Part shown: piece by piece, positions 1 through 12,467 of the stretch
How positions within the stretch are numbered: position 1 is the first letter of the stretch
How the letters are laid out: every line of letters starts with the position of its first letter
Assembly: GCF_001194135.2 (NCBI RefSeq)
Contig: NC_069001.1
Location: 18,658,886-18,722,885, forward strand
DNA: 64,000 nt
DNA from: Octopus bimaculoides
Lineage: Eukaryota
Direction: 5' to 3'
Made by a program: the position numbers and the translations under genes
The notes under the pieces: model-generated
Databases searched by the model: none
Told to the model about the DNA's origin: nothing
Seen by the model: the letters and a program-made list of their open reading frames with translations, nothing else

Positions 1-37
<37 letters not shown>

Positions 38-45
38 TATATATT
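1..45. repeat. (TA)n microsatellite, one of many simple repeats in the window
   Basis: Direct reading of ATAT... run. Confidence 0.95.
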
Positions 46-652
46 AGATATGTATATGTGTGCATATACACCATTGAGTGTAGGTAATGGTGTAGGCAAA
101 TATGTCCTACATATGTTTCCAAGGAAAACCAACTAGAAGTTATGTAACTTTAGGTTAATACAGATATGTTCATCTCCCTTTTCTTTGAGTACATTTATCT
201 CTTGTTTACAAAGTTCACTGACGAGCTCAGAAGAAATACTACTCCAACAACAGTACAAGGTGGCTGAAAGCAAGATTTTGTTAAATGACCAATGAAATTC
301 AAAACCAGCAGGCACGTTACATTTGAGATGAAAGGGATGTGAGCTAAGGAGGTTAGTTTCAGACTCATTATTAGGTGTCTTTATAAAGATAAAGGAACTT
401 ATAAAGTCCTATGTGCAGATGTTACAATGAAAGAATAAACAAAATAAGATAAATTTATACAACTACTCAAAATTATATAAATAAAAACACCAAGAATGTA
501 CATATACATTCATGTAATTTCATATGAAGCATATACACATATATGCACACATGCAAGCATACATACATTGACATACATATACACATGTATGCATAATCCC
601 CACTAATTGACATACATGTATGTGTACATAATGTGTGTGTGTGTGTGTATTA

Positions 653-689
<37 letters not shown>

Positions 690-2289
690 TACATACATAT
701 ATATGTGTGTGTTTGTGTGTGGAGAAAGAGAGTGCATGATGGGTATGTAGGTACATGAATAGATCTATTAACTTAGAGGGAAAGGAAATGAATGAAAGTA
801 AGAAATGGAATGAAGGGAAAGAGAAGAAGCATCAGCCTGAAGGAGGGAAAGAAACAATCCTCCTCCTCCTCCTCCTGAAGAAGGTCATTGTTGTTGAAAA
901 AACTGTGAGCATGTACTGTGGTATGATGTAATAGATGGTGTTATAATGTTGGAGAGGAGTGCAAAGACAGTATAGGGAAGGAGGGAGGGAGGGAGGTAGA
1001 AAATGGACAGACAAGCACACACAACCATATACATCACACACATATTCTATCTCTGTTTCTGTCTGTCTGTCTCTCTCTCTCTTTATATATATTCATGCTC
1101 ACAGGTTCACACCTACCACATATGCATGCACACACACACATATGTATATATACACACACACACACATATGCACACACACAGAGAGATGGGAAATGGTTAA
1201 GTAGACAGAAGTGATGTGTGTAGAGAAAACATGGAGCGACTGACAAACATGATGCTGTGATACAGAGACAAACCTGGATTGAAAACTCCAACAGTAAACG
1301 TGACAGAATTGAAAGCTTTGGGGATGAAGAAACTCAAAAAAATATCCAAGAGAAAAAGTAAAGAGAATCAAATTTCTGCATGTAGAGTTCAATAAAAGAA
1401 ATTTAACTAACAAAAAAATGAATTTTTAAACAAATTTTATTTGTTATGTATTTATCCATTATCATTATTATTATTACCACCACCGCCATCATCATCATCA
1501 TCATTATCCTTTTATAGAATACAACTTGTTCTTGTATGGCAATACACTGCCAAAGAAATTTCCCCTTCACCATTTATTGAGAGCAGTTGCAGTATTCTGC
1601 ACATGTGCAATAAATGAAAAGCATAAATAAATAAAAATAGAGAAACATGATAAAGATTTTTGTTTTTTATTGTGATTGATTTTTATTTTATTTCTTTTCT
1701 CCCTTTCTTCACTTTTTTCCCGCAGAAATCATTCTGGCAACGATTCACTCTCTCTCTGTGTATGCATGTGTGCACATACATATATACAGACAGGCAGACA
1801 GAGATATCTTTGTGTATGTATGGTATGGTATGAAAGTGTTTAATTACACAACATGTAATGGTTTAATTACTGCTCTCTGTGATGCATTACATTCCAAAAA
1901 AATGAAACTGCAAAGCTGGCAACTCATGCTACATGCACAGATTTCTGGGAGTTAGGTTTATTAGCTGCAATATCCATAGAGTACAGAACCAGATTATGTC
2001 ACAGAACAAACAAATATTCTTATTTTCATGACTTTACAATTGTTTCAGGAGCAAATATTTGCCACTTTGTCAGAAGACAAAAGTTTCAAATAAATTCTCA
2101 GAAAATGTCAGTGATAAAAAAAAAAAAAAACTGCCAAAAATGTGTCATGGAAGAATATTTACAATGAAAAAGTTAATAAATGAAAAAGAATGCAGCATCA
2201 GTATTGAAAGACCATTAGCAATTGAAGACACACACACACATGGTGCAAGAGGTACTTGAGTTCGTTACCAGTATATTACTCTCTTCAAA

Positions 2290-4187
2290 CCAATTAAAAG
2301 GGTTTTATTTCTTTCAGATCTTTCTCCCGCCCTATGACAAGTAAAATTGTAAAACAAGAAATGAAGAAATATACAGTCATTGTTGTTGTATGTGGGGAGG
2401 CCAATTTGTGTCAGCAAAGATACAGGAAAACTATTTGATCCATGTCAAGCAGTTGCTTAAGGTTAAAAACCCTCATGAACATGGCATACTTTGGTTTTTC
2501 TCTGATGAGTAAAATTCTGACCAAGAGCAAAAATTCTAACTGGAGAAATGACAGATGGTAATGTACAGATCCTTCTAGTGTTCCCGGAGTAATGCACACT
2601 AAATTTCCAGTAACTACGAGGGGGTACCCAAAAGTAACTGGAAACATTCACTCTGGGGCGAGCCAGTTGTAGTTCAGACTTCTGTTGCAAGAAGCCACTT
2701 GATGTGACCCTCAGGCATCAGTCTGTTGACTGGCGTTGTCATGTAGAGTCTACTGTCACATAGTGTGCCTTTGTTTTGCAGTACTTTTCCCCTATTCGTT
2801 GATTTTTGCGGCAGTTGAAATGAAAGAACAGCATGCTTCTGTGAAATTTTGTTTTCTGCTGGGGAAAACACCAGCCAAAACAGTTGTCATGCTTCAAACA
2901 GCTTACAAGGATGCTGCCATGAGCAAAACACAAGTTTACAAGTGGTTTTCATGCTTGTTGCTTGAAGACCAATCTCATTCAGGGCGACTGTTGACCTCCT
3001 GAATGAATGAAAACATCATGAAAATTCATGAACTGATCTTGGAGGACCATCACCGAACAATTGGCAAACTTGTTGATATGACTGGTATGTCCTAAGCACC
3101 TGCCAACGAATTTCTGTTAACCAGACTTGGCAGTTCTGTAGCATTTGCAAGACACAGTGAGATGAAAATGCCCCAACCTGTGACAAAGTGGACAGTGGTG
3201 GTTTCATCATGACAATGTGCTTGTGCACACTGCTTTGAGTGTGGGACAGTTTTTGATTGAAAATGACATGACCCTGCTTACCCACCCTCCCTATTCACCT
3301 GATCTTGCTCCCTGCGACTTCTTTTTATTCCCGCGAATGAAAAAAGTCCTTAAAGGAAAGCATTTTGCAGATGTGGAAGAGGTGAAGAAAAAATGATGGA
3401 GGCATTATAAGAGTTCTAGGACTGCTTCAAACAGTGGAAAATGCATCTGGATTGATGCACTGCTTCAAATGGAAAATACTTTGAAAGTGATAAAAGTATA
3501 AACATGTAAAAGTAAGTCAATAAAATAATATTGCAAAATTCCAGTTTCTTTTGGGTATCCCCTCATGTGATGGCTTTAGGAATGATAACTAATGATGATC
3601 ATGTTTCCACAGAGATCTTTGAAGACTAACAAAGATCATGATACCACATCTTTCCAGAGTTTTAGAATTAATGTTATTAGATACACTGAAGTAATTGAGA
3701 TAGTTGTAAAGCCCTGAATGGATGATGTACTCTCTGGAAGGCTATATGTGTTTCATCAAGACTCAGCATTTTCTCACAAAGCCCAGTGACACAAGAATAG
3801 ATGTTAAACAATCTTTACGATCACATAATGCCAAACTTGTGTCCTCCTAACTTACCAAATTTAAACCCTATGGATTACTACATTTGAAGTATTGTTAAAA
3901 AGGGAAATAAATTGACATCCTCCCAATACAGCTTCACTGAAGGCCACCATTGTCCAGGTGATGCCTGAAATGAATAAAGATCATTTAGTGCAAGCATGTC
4001 AACAATTCCAGTGCTGCATTGAAGCAGCCACTCAATCTGAAGGCCTACTTATAGAATAATCTTATAAGAAACCTTATCAAGAACATGTGCACACATTTTT
4101 ATGAAAATACTTTTGAGCCATATCTGTCTTGGTTTGCAAAAATCTTCTTTGACTTTTCAAATGAACCGTTTGAGTGCTGACACCTTG
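2290..4187 (+). mobile_element. Decayed Tc1/mariner-superfamily maT (DD37D-type) transposon, split by a nested mariner
   Basis: Frameshifted translation gives WFFSDE...NWRNDRW.CTDPSSVPGVMHTKFPVT (about 2500-2616), resuming after 3566 as MALGMI...YVFHQDSAFSHKA...PPNLPNLNPMDYY...LVQACQQF..CIEA. 3' end GCTGACACCTTG resembles a CAGGGTGTC-type TIR; the 5' boundary is uncertain. Confidence 0.8.
2617..3565 (+). mobile_element. Mariner (DD34D) transposon, internally deleted, with 27-bp TIRs
   Basis: TIRs CGAGGGGGTACCCAAAAGTAACTGGAA (2617-2643) and TTCCAGTTTCTTTTGGGTATCCCCTCA (3539-3565) match 24/27. TA on left, TG on right. ORF 2736-3002 has a mariner HTH (KFCFLLGKT...YKWF); HHDN and HPPYSPDLAPCDF motifs near 3200-3330. 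Confidence 0.9.
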
Positions 4188-4561
4188 ATGGACCTTTTTC
4201 TACCTGGTATACAATATCATCTTTGCTTAAATCACCCCATAACCCAACATCATTCTCTTTGTTTTTTTATGTTGAACCTTCTGTGCTTGCACTACTCACT
4301 GGTTTCTAAATCTTAATATTCCTTGCTTCATTCATTGAAGCTGATTCTATAAAACTAGATGTTCCAGGTTCTGTATCAGTCATGGGATGAATAACCCATG
4401 ACTGACTCACTGTGGTAGAGGCTTTGGGTTCATCAGGCCCCTTATCTATCCTTGTTAATAAACTTTCTAATTTTGATAAGCTGCTAAGCTCTTCTTCAGC
4501 TTCCTAATTCTTCCTCTTTTGAACTCCACTTTTATAACTTCTGGTTCACAGTTTCTAAACT

Positions 4562-4841
4562 CTCTTTACTCTTTTTTACTCTTTTACTCTTTTTTACTCT
4601 TTTACTCTTTTTTACTCTTTTACTCTTTTTTACTCTTTTACTTGTTTCAGTCTTTTGACTGTGGCCATGCTGGAACACCGCCTTTAGTCGAGCAAATCAA
4701 CCCCAGGACTTATTCTTTGGAAGCCTAGTACTTATTCTATCAGTCTCTTTTTCCGAACTGCTAAGTTACGGGGACGTAAACACACCAGCATCGGTTGTCA
4801 AGAGATGTTGGGGAGACAAACACAGACACACAAACACATAC

Positions 4842-4894
<53 letters not shown>

Positions 4895-5053
4895 TACGAC
4901 GGGCTTCTTTCAGTTTCCGTCTACCAAATCCACTCACAAGGCTTTGGTCGGCCCGAGGCTATAGTAGAAGACACTTGCCCAAGCTGTCACACAGTGGGAC
5001 TAAACCCGGAACCATGTGGCTGGTAAGCAAGCTACTTACCACACAGCCACTCC
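4562..5053 (-). mobile_element. tRNA-derived SINE (family A), internal (TA)n, expanded (AAAAGAGT)n-like tail
   Basis: Minus strand begins GGAGTGGCTGTGTGGTAAG...GGTTCCGGGTTTAGTCC (A/B-box-like). Near-identical copies at 19097-19642 and 23404-23810. Confidence 0.9.
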
Positions 5054-5103
5054 AGCGCGAGCAAAAAAAAAATTAAAATAACTAAACAAATATTTATAAT
5101 ATA

Positions 5104-6989
5104 CTAGCAGAAATACCAGGCGTTGCCCGGGTTAAAGAGAATAATGAAATCTAAAAACGCCGTCTAGACTACGCAACCCTCAACTGTTAGTAGCTACGAT
5201 ACCATATTTCTACATTAATAACTCTCCAATCCATGCCAGCATGGAACATAGATATTAAGTGGAATGCTAGAAGAAAGTTTTCAACTCATATGTATATAAA
5301 GTAAATACACGTATTTCAGAAACACATTTTGTGTATTTTATTTCGTAACTAAACAAACAGGTACAGATTATAAATAATGAAAGGCCAATTTTGGTGATTA
5401 ATTTGACAGAGGTAGTAGAGAGACAATGCGATGATAAATCTGAGGTTGGATCTTGAAAGTTTGGATGAATGCTGCTTCAGTTAAATCTCTTGTGGTTCCA
5501 AATGATGTCATCTGTAGTACAGCGTCGTATTGTCTAATTTTGTTTTGCAAATGCTAGGAATCTTGGTCAGTTGATGATAACAGTTTCTTCAATAGCTCTG
5601 GAGGTTGGGGATTGTGGAATTGTTGGGAATGTTTTTAACTTTGGTGTTATATGTATTGCTTGAATTTCTTTGACATATGAAATATATGTGTTTTCACTGG
5701 GTTTGTAAAAGAGAGTTGTGNNNNNNNNNNNNNNNNNNNNNNNNNNNNNNNNNNNNNNNNNNNNNNNNNNNNNNNNNNNNNNNNNNNNNNNNNNNNNNNN
5801 NNNNNNNNNNNNNNNNNNNNNNNNNNNNNNNNNNNNNNNNNNNNNNNNNNNNNNNNNNNNNNNNNNNNNNNNNNNNNNNNNNNNNNNNNNNNNNNNNNNN
5901 NNNNNNNNNNNNNNNNNNNNNNNNNNNNNNNNNNNNNNNNNNNNNNNNNNNNNNNNNNNNNNNNNNNNNNNNNNNNNNNNNNNNNNNNNNNNNNNNNNNN
6001 NNNNNNNNNNNNNNNNNNNNNNNNNNNNNNNNNNNNNNNNNNNNNNNNNNNNNNNNNNNNNNNNNNNNNNNNNNNNNNNNNNNNNNNNNNNNNNNNNNNN
6101 NNNNNNNNNNNNNNNNNNNNNNNNNNNNNNNNNNNNNNNNNNNNNNNNNNNNNNNNNNNNNNNNNNNNNNNNNNNNNNNNNNNNNNNNNNNNNNNNNNNN
6201 NNNNNNNNNNNNNNNNNNNNNNNNNNNNNNNNNNNNNNNNNNNNNNNNNNNNNNNNNNNNNNNNNNNNNNNNNNNNNNNNNNNNNNNNNNNNNNNNNNNN
6301 NNNNNNNNNNNNNNNNNNNNNNNNNNNNNNNNNNNNNNNNNNNNNNNNNNNNNNNNNNNNNNNNNNNNNNNNNNNNNNNNNNNNNNNNNNNNNNNNNNNN
6401 NNNNNNNNNNNNNNNNNNNNNNNNNNNNNNNNNNNNNNNNNNNNNNNNNNNNNNNNNNNNNNNNNNNNNNNNNNNNNNNNNNNNNNNNNNNNNNNNNNNN
6501 NNNNNNNNNNNNNNNNNNNNNNNNNNNNNNNNNNNNNNNNNNNNNNNNNNNNNNNNNNNNNNNNNNNNNNNNNNNNNNNNNNNNNNNNNNNNNNNNNNNN
6601 NNNNNNNNNNNNNNNNNNNNNNNNNNNNNNNNNNNNNNNNNNNNNNNNNNNNNNNNNNNNNNNNNNNNNNNNNNNNNNNNNNNNNNNNNNNNNNNNNNNN
6701 NNNNNNNNNNNNNNNNNNNTGTCATTACAGTATCGAAATGTGATTGTTTCAGTTAGTGGAATAGTTTCATTTTTAAAGTGAAAGTATTTGACATGAGTGT
6801 TTTTGTTTCACTTTTGACACGTAATACTTAAATAGTGGAGGAGATATTATGTTGCCGTGGGCTCGAACTCTGCAAGAAGTTAAAATTTTGTTTTGACTAA
6901 AACACAACTGGAACCCTAAGTAAGGCATCTGTAAAATTTGAATGAAATTGGTTGCGTAGTTCTCGAGTTTTAGGGATTCACACACACAC

Positions 6990-7028
<39 letters not shown>

Positions 7029-7054
7029 CACATTCTCATTTTTATATATATAGA
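5104..7054 (-). mobile_element. Internally deleted Helitron (spans N-gap 5721-6719) retaining a Rep/helicase N-terminal fragment
   Basis: Minus strand 5' A|TCTATATATAT at 7054 with (CTGT)n; 3' hairpin CCGGGC-AAC-GCCTGG (5116-5130) followed by CTAG|T at 5104-5107. About 5400-5620 translates PQPPELLKKLL...IRQYDAVLQMTSFG...TFKIQPQIYHRIVSLLP, typical of the Helitron Rep N-terminus. Confidence 0.8.
5721..6719. other. Assembly gap (others: 11991-12302, 13921-13930, 14512-15261, 19405-19451, 31109-31332, 32099-32941, 57227-57244)
   Basis: Runs of N. Confidence 1.
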
Positions 7055-8594
7055 TAATTTATATATTTAATATTTATTAGTTATATATTTAATTATTAAT
7101 AGTAAAATACATGATAATATGGAATGATGATCACTGATGAACTACAATAATTATAAATATAATGCAGGAAAAATGTTTCCCCCATTCTTTGCTCCTACCT
7201 GTAACTGTATTAGTAAATAATAATACAGGCCTACTAAGTATACAGGTGAATATTTTTAAAGTAATATAAGTAATATTTAATAGGACCAAAATAAATAAAT
7301 CATATATTATATGAAATAAATCAGTAGGCCTAAAATTGTAATTACAGTGTTAAACAGTGAATGAATACTGATTAAAACTTGTTCAAACGTTCATTTATAA
7401 TACTATTATTATCTGAAAGAGTAAAGATCATACATTCACAGGGTAGACTACAGTATGAATGTATGATGTATGACCATTGCTACGTCTACGGTACCAAAAG
7501 ACCATTCAGTTGCTGCATGGAAATTTTCTGGCATTAGGTTTTCCAAACTCACCTAAAATAACCTAAACTAACCTACCTTAACCTAAAATAGAAAATTCAT
7601 AAATTCCAAAGTAAGTTACCACACACTAAAGAATCCACTATAACACTTAGTCTTACACTTTAGAAGCACTGGTCTTAAATTATCTTAAATAAGGTAAAAT
7701 TTTACACTTAGCGCAAACAAATTGACAAACAAAAGTCGATGCTCCATCCTAATAGCTACATGATGATCATCTTTGTCTGATTTTTTCCCCCACTCCTGTC
7801 AAATTTTGTTGCCAGCTGTACAACATTTCTTTAACGTAATTTCTATAATGTATGCTTAATTATATTATTATTTTAATAAAGTAATTAAATAATTTATTTA
7901 ATATTGTACTAAAGATATCATTTTTTTCAAAATATCAAATAATTAAATAGAAGATATAAAGTGTACGACAACTAGGGATTTTACATAGCACAATTATTTT
8001 GAGCAGTAGGTAACCACTTGTCAACTTGTTATCAGTTGAAAATTCATCTTTATTTATTTCTTTTATTTGTTCTTCATTTCTGTTCTGTAGTTCAAGTTGC
8101 CTTTTTTATCATACTCATAAAAAGCTTGTAATTGTAGCTGTCAATCTCCTACAAGCCTTGTCTTGGCTTCCATGTACAAAAATGCAACTGAAACTATCAC
8201 ATTGGATGACAATTAATATGGAAGTATTATTGTATTCGTGTAGTCAATAAAGTATTGTAACAATAATTGAATATGTAAATACCCAGAGTTGTAGATGTAT
8301 ACGGAAACGGCACAGTGTTACACAGAGCTGTCGTTGTATCATGCAGACAGGTATGCAATCAATGTTACTATAATACTGACACATCAACAATATAAATAAT
8401 GTACCATCTCTGACAGTCCACAGATGATGAATAATAATTGTCAACAGATGGCACTGGCAGGAAGTATAAGCAAAATACATTGTCTGCAAAACTATTGCAG
8501 TTCAAAACTATTGCATTTAGTTCTTTTTTATCTTATGTTTTGAAAATGTACACTGTGTACAGTACACACTGCTTTTTTTTTCCAATTTTTGCAA

Positions 8595-8674
8595 AGCCCC
8601 AAGAAAGTGGGGGCCTCAAGTATGTGAGGGCCCTAAGCTATAGCTTATTTAGCTTATATGTAAATCCGGACCTG
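8595..8674. mobile_element. Probable hAT-type transposon terminus (partner end not found)
   Basis: ...GGGCCCTAAGCTATAGCTTATTTAGCTTATATGTAAATCCGGACCTG resembles CAGGGCCGGATT-type ends with subterminal GGGCCC motifs. Confidence 0.35.
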
Positions 8675-8759
8675 TGCTCACCTCTGTTTTCATTAATGAT
8701 AATTTAATAATACCTATGTAACTAAAAAGATTACAAAACAATAAATACAAAAATAAAAC

Positions 8760-11210
8760 AGAAAAATACAAAAACAATTCACCACTGTAGGCTGAAAATT
8801 TGGGGGCGCTGGGAAACCTCTCTAATGGCTATTGAGACATGCCAGCATGCTTGCAGCATTGCCGCGGGTGATGGCGAGGCTGATGCGCTGGAACAACCAA
8901 GCACCCTCACAAGCTTCACCAGCTACCTCTGCCAGGTAAGTTGCCAGTGAAGACAGGAATCTCACAGTCAGTAGCCTGACCCCATCAAGGATCTTGAATG
9001 TCACAGGATGGAAAATGTAGTTGGCTGACAGATCGCAGTACATCAGGATTTTGTTCTGCTCAGCCAGAGAAGCTGTGGATCTCATGCTGGCTGCAGCATC
9101 CAGGATGTGAGAAGAAGCAAAGGAGTTGCTAACTGTAACCAAGAGCACAGGGTGAGGCAGTCAGATCTTTTCCATCACATCTGGACTACCCAGTTGATTC
9201 CAAGATGGAGGGGATGTTTGCCTAGACCAAGCTCCTCTTGAGTATCAGGCTTAACTCTGTATGACACACAAAGCGACCAGCATTCAGGTAGCAAGAAAAA
9301 CCATGGATGCCTGTGGAGTTGAGGAGCCTGCCACAATGACAGCTCAAACCCATCCGTCCATCAGCTCCCACTTTGAGGGCAAGGAAGCAGGGAAGAGAGA
9401 GGGATGAACACTTACGAAGACCACGACCTCTAAATTGCTTGGGCAATGCAGCCTGATTGTAGGACGTTGGAGAGAGTCTGACATTGACAATCTAATCTTC
9501 GAGTCTCTCGAAGATTAGGTTGTCGAAGCACTGGAGGCAAGATGGGAATTGGTAAGAGGAGCTGACTCTGAGCAAATATAGAAGCTTAGGGATCGAGAGA
9601 TGATTTCTAAGTATGAAGAAACCTTGATGGGGTTCAGTTGCTTCAATATTCTTCAGAAATTGCTCAAGGGCAACCACCTTTGACTGGAAGATGGACTCAA
9701 AAGCAAGGTCAGTAATTGGGGCTCTCAAAGAACACCAAGCCGATGAAGGAGGGCCTACAATAGAAGGGGAGGACTCTGCAAATAGGTCTATAGTTTGATG
9801 ATGTTGAGAAGCCAGGTGGTTGAGGATCCAGAGCTCACATTTATAGCTGTTTACTTGGAGACCCCAATGACTAAGCTCCCCAACCATCATGATTGCAATG
9901 GCGAGAATCCTGTCCGGAAGTCCCTGACAAACAAGAGCGTCATCGAGATACCAGATGTTGGTGATGTCATCAATGCCCAGTGCGAACAGAGCGGACCCAA
10001 GTGAGTCGCCCTGTTGGACTCCTGAGGCCAAGGTGATGATTCGATCATTAAAAGAGAGGTAAGAGGGCTCCTGGTAAGCTTGCCATGCAAAGTGGTAGAG
10101 TTGTGGGACCTTCTTGCTTACTGACCTGAGGACAGCATCACAGCTGACAGGGTTGAATGCCTTCTTGAGGTCAAGTTTGAGGATGATCTTGGGTGACAAG
10201 GAGGGTAAGTTGGCATAGGCTCTGGTAGTGTGGGCAGCATCTTCACATCCCAATTTGGTGCCCACTCCTAGCTGGGTGGGGAAAAATTCCTCCTCCAATA
10301 GGTTAGAGACCAAATGTAAACACATCTTTGTGGTGAGACGGCAAAGGGTGCAACCAACCACAATGGGGTGCAGGTTTTCATTGGGTTTAGTGAGCCCTAA
10401 TAATTTTGCACCAAAGAACAGTGAGCAGATATTGGGGAGGACGTTCACTGAAGAGAACTGGTTCACAAACTGAGTCAAATTCTTCAAGAGCTCAAGTCCA
10501 GTATCACCAGATGATAAGGAGATACCATCCTTGAGGTTTTGAGGCTGAAGGCCATTAATTCCTGCACCTGAACCAGCAAGGAAGGATGAAATGGCCTTTC
10601 TGATGTTATCAGAGAGGTGAAGACTGATCTCAAATATTCTGGGAGATCGGGTCAGTTTAGCTGATTATCTGGGGGTGCTGATGAGTGCTTCTCTTTCAGA
10701 CATTTAAGAGTATCGGAGTTACATGGAGAAGAGAGGAGACGGACAGCCCCTTTTATGTTAAATTCAGTGAATTTGACATTGACTGCATGCTTGAAGTTTA
10801 TTGGTTGTCTGTTGGTAGACACCGTGCTTGATGTCAAATTGAGGTTAGAAGTGGTCAGGGTAGACTCAAATAACTGAAACTGTTGCTTGGGAGAGGATGT
10901 AAAGGAAGCCTTATTTTACATCATGCACATGGAGAGAGATGAGAGGGAATAGTAGCAGTTTCTGCCAGGCAGATTTATTGTTGGATAAACATACGTTTTT
11001 CAACAAGCTGGAGAGCGCACAAGCAAAGCTATTCCGAGCTCCCTAAGAGATCCAGTTAATGAGCTTTGATTTGGATAAACCCTAGAGGGCTGCAGCAAAG
11101 TCCTCAGTAGAGAGCTGGTTGTCAGAGTATGGGCCATTTCCACAGAGTGCATTGGAGCTGAAGTGGCACTAGCTGCAGGTCCAGTACAGAAGCCTTTCAG
11201 CTTGAATCTC
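8760..11210 (-). mobile_element. CRE-clade non-LTR retrotransposon (RT + restriction-like endonuclease), decayed, 5'-truncated
   Basis: ORF 9492-10487: QLGVGTKLGCE, KLDLKKAFN, GVQQGDSLGSALF, WYLDD. ORF 10652-10837: IKGAVRLLSS...LKEKH. ORF 8822-9148 ends LFQRISLAITRGNAASML, the typical CRE C-terminus. Confidence 0.85.
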
Positions 11211-11211
11211 T

Positions 11212-11685
11212 AACATACCTTTTAAACTGTTGCAAGAAAAACATTCACTAACAGAGAATCATGTTATGAAAATAAATTATTTGTAACATACCCTTAAATT
11301 GTTGTGATGTACACATAACATTGCACAAGTATAAAAGGTCAATATAAAGCTTGAGACCCGTTAATGAAAACAAAAGAACCCAGCCTACTAGGTGTTAAAA
11401 AAAGTGTAGAAAACGAATATGAAAAATAAATTTGTACAAACGAATGGGAGTGGGTGAGAAGAGGACTTTTGGAAAATTCACAAGATCTGATTTTTTCTTA
11501 TAACTTTCAGGAAAATGAGTATATATTGATGAAATATTATAGAAATACCATTCAAATGGCACAAATTACGATTATATAGAAATTTCTGGGAAAACTTTTT
11601 TCTGAAGGGGTGGGGAGAGGATTTTATATTGACCCTTGGTTCTCTATTAGTGAACGTTTTCTCACAACAATTTAAAAGGTATGTT
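11212..11685. mobile_element. MITE-like element with ~48-bp imperfect inverted repeats
   Basis: AACATACCTTTTAAACTGTTGCAAGAAAAACATTCACTAACAGAGAATC is the imperfect reverse complement of GGTTCTCTATTAGTGAACGTTTTCTCACAACAATTTAAAAGGTATGTT (11637-11685). Confidence 0.55.
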
Positions 11686-12467
11686 CTCGCAACAATTTAA
11701 AAGTAGAGATAATTTATTTTAATAACACAATTTGGTTAGTAAACAATGTTCTTGAATACACAATTTTACCATGAGAAATTTCTCTGACAGAAATCTTTGC
11801 AGAAAGAGGATTAGAGTGATCACATATTTTTTTCATTATTTTATCGCGAAGAAATGGAGTTATACTGTGTGGCAGAAAGTTACACTAAAGTGTTCATTTA
11901 TTTTTTATATTTTTGTTTTGTTTGGTCAAATGATTTCTTTTTAGGCCTTATGCATGCACACTCATATTGTTTCATTTTCTGTCACTGCGCNNNNNNNNNN
12001 NNNNNNNNNNNNNNNNNNNNNNNNNNNNNNNNNNNNNNNNNNNNNNNNNNNNNNNNNNNNNNNNNNNNNNNNNNNNNNNNNNNNNNNNNNNNNNNNNNNN
12101 NNNNNNNNNNNNNNNNNNNNNNNNNNNNNNNNNNNNNNNNNNNNNNNNNNNNNNNNNNNNNNNNNNNNNNNNNNNNNNNNNNNNNNNNNNNNNNNNNNNN
12201 NNNNNNNNNNNNNNNNNNNNNNNNNNNNNNNNNNNNNNNNNNNNNNNNNNNNNNNNNNNNNNNNNNNNNNNNNNNNNNNNNNNNNNNNNNNNNNNNNNNN
12301 NNCTTTATTTTGACTTTTTATCATACAGTACAACCATACAGCAATTGAAATTTTGGAATGCCGATTTTTGCCAATTTTTGCCAATTTTTTTCAAATTCGG
12401 AATCTCTGTACCCGAAAAAAAAAGTGCATGTTTATTTTTGGTGGAGGAGTACAAAAGGAAGTACCAT

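Noticed and set aside
133-2260. Possible host exons (ORF 133-315, strong polypyrimidine-CAG acceptor at about 1680-1725, ORF 2059-2259)
   Set aside because: No recognisable protein similarity, no consistent donor sites or reading-frame chain; needs RNA-seq
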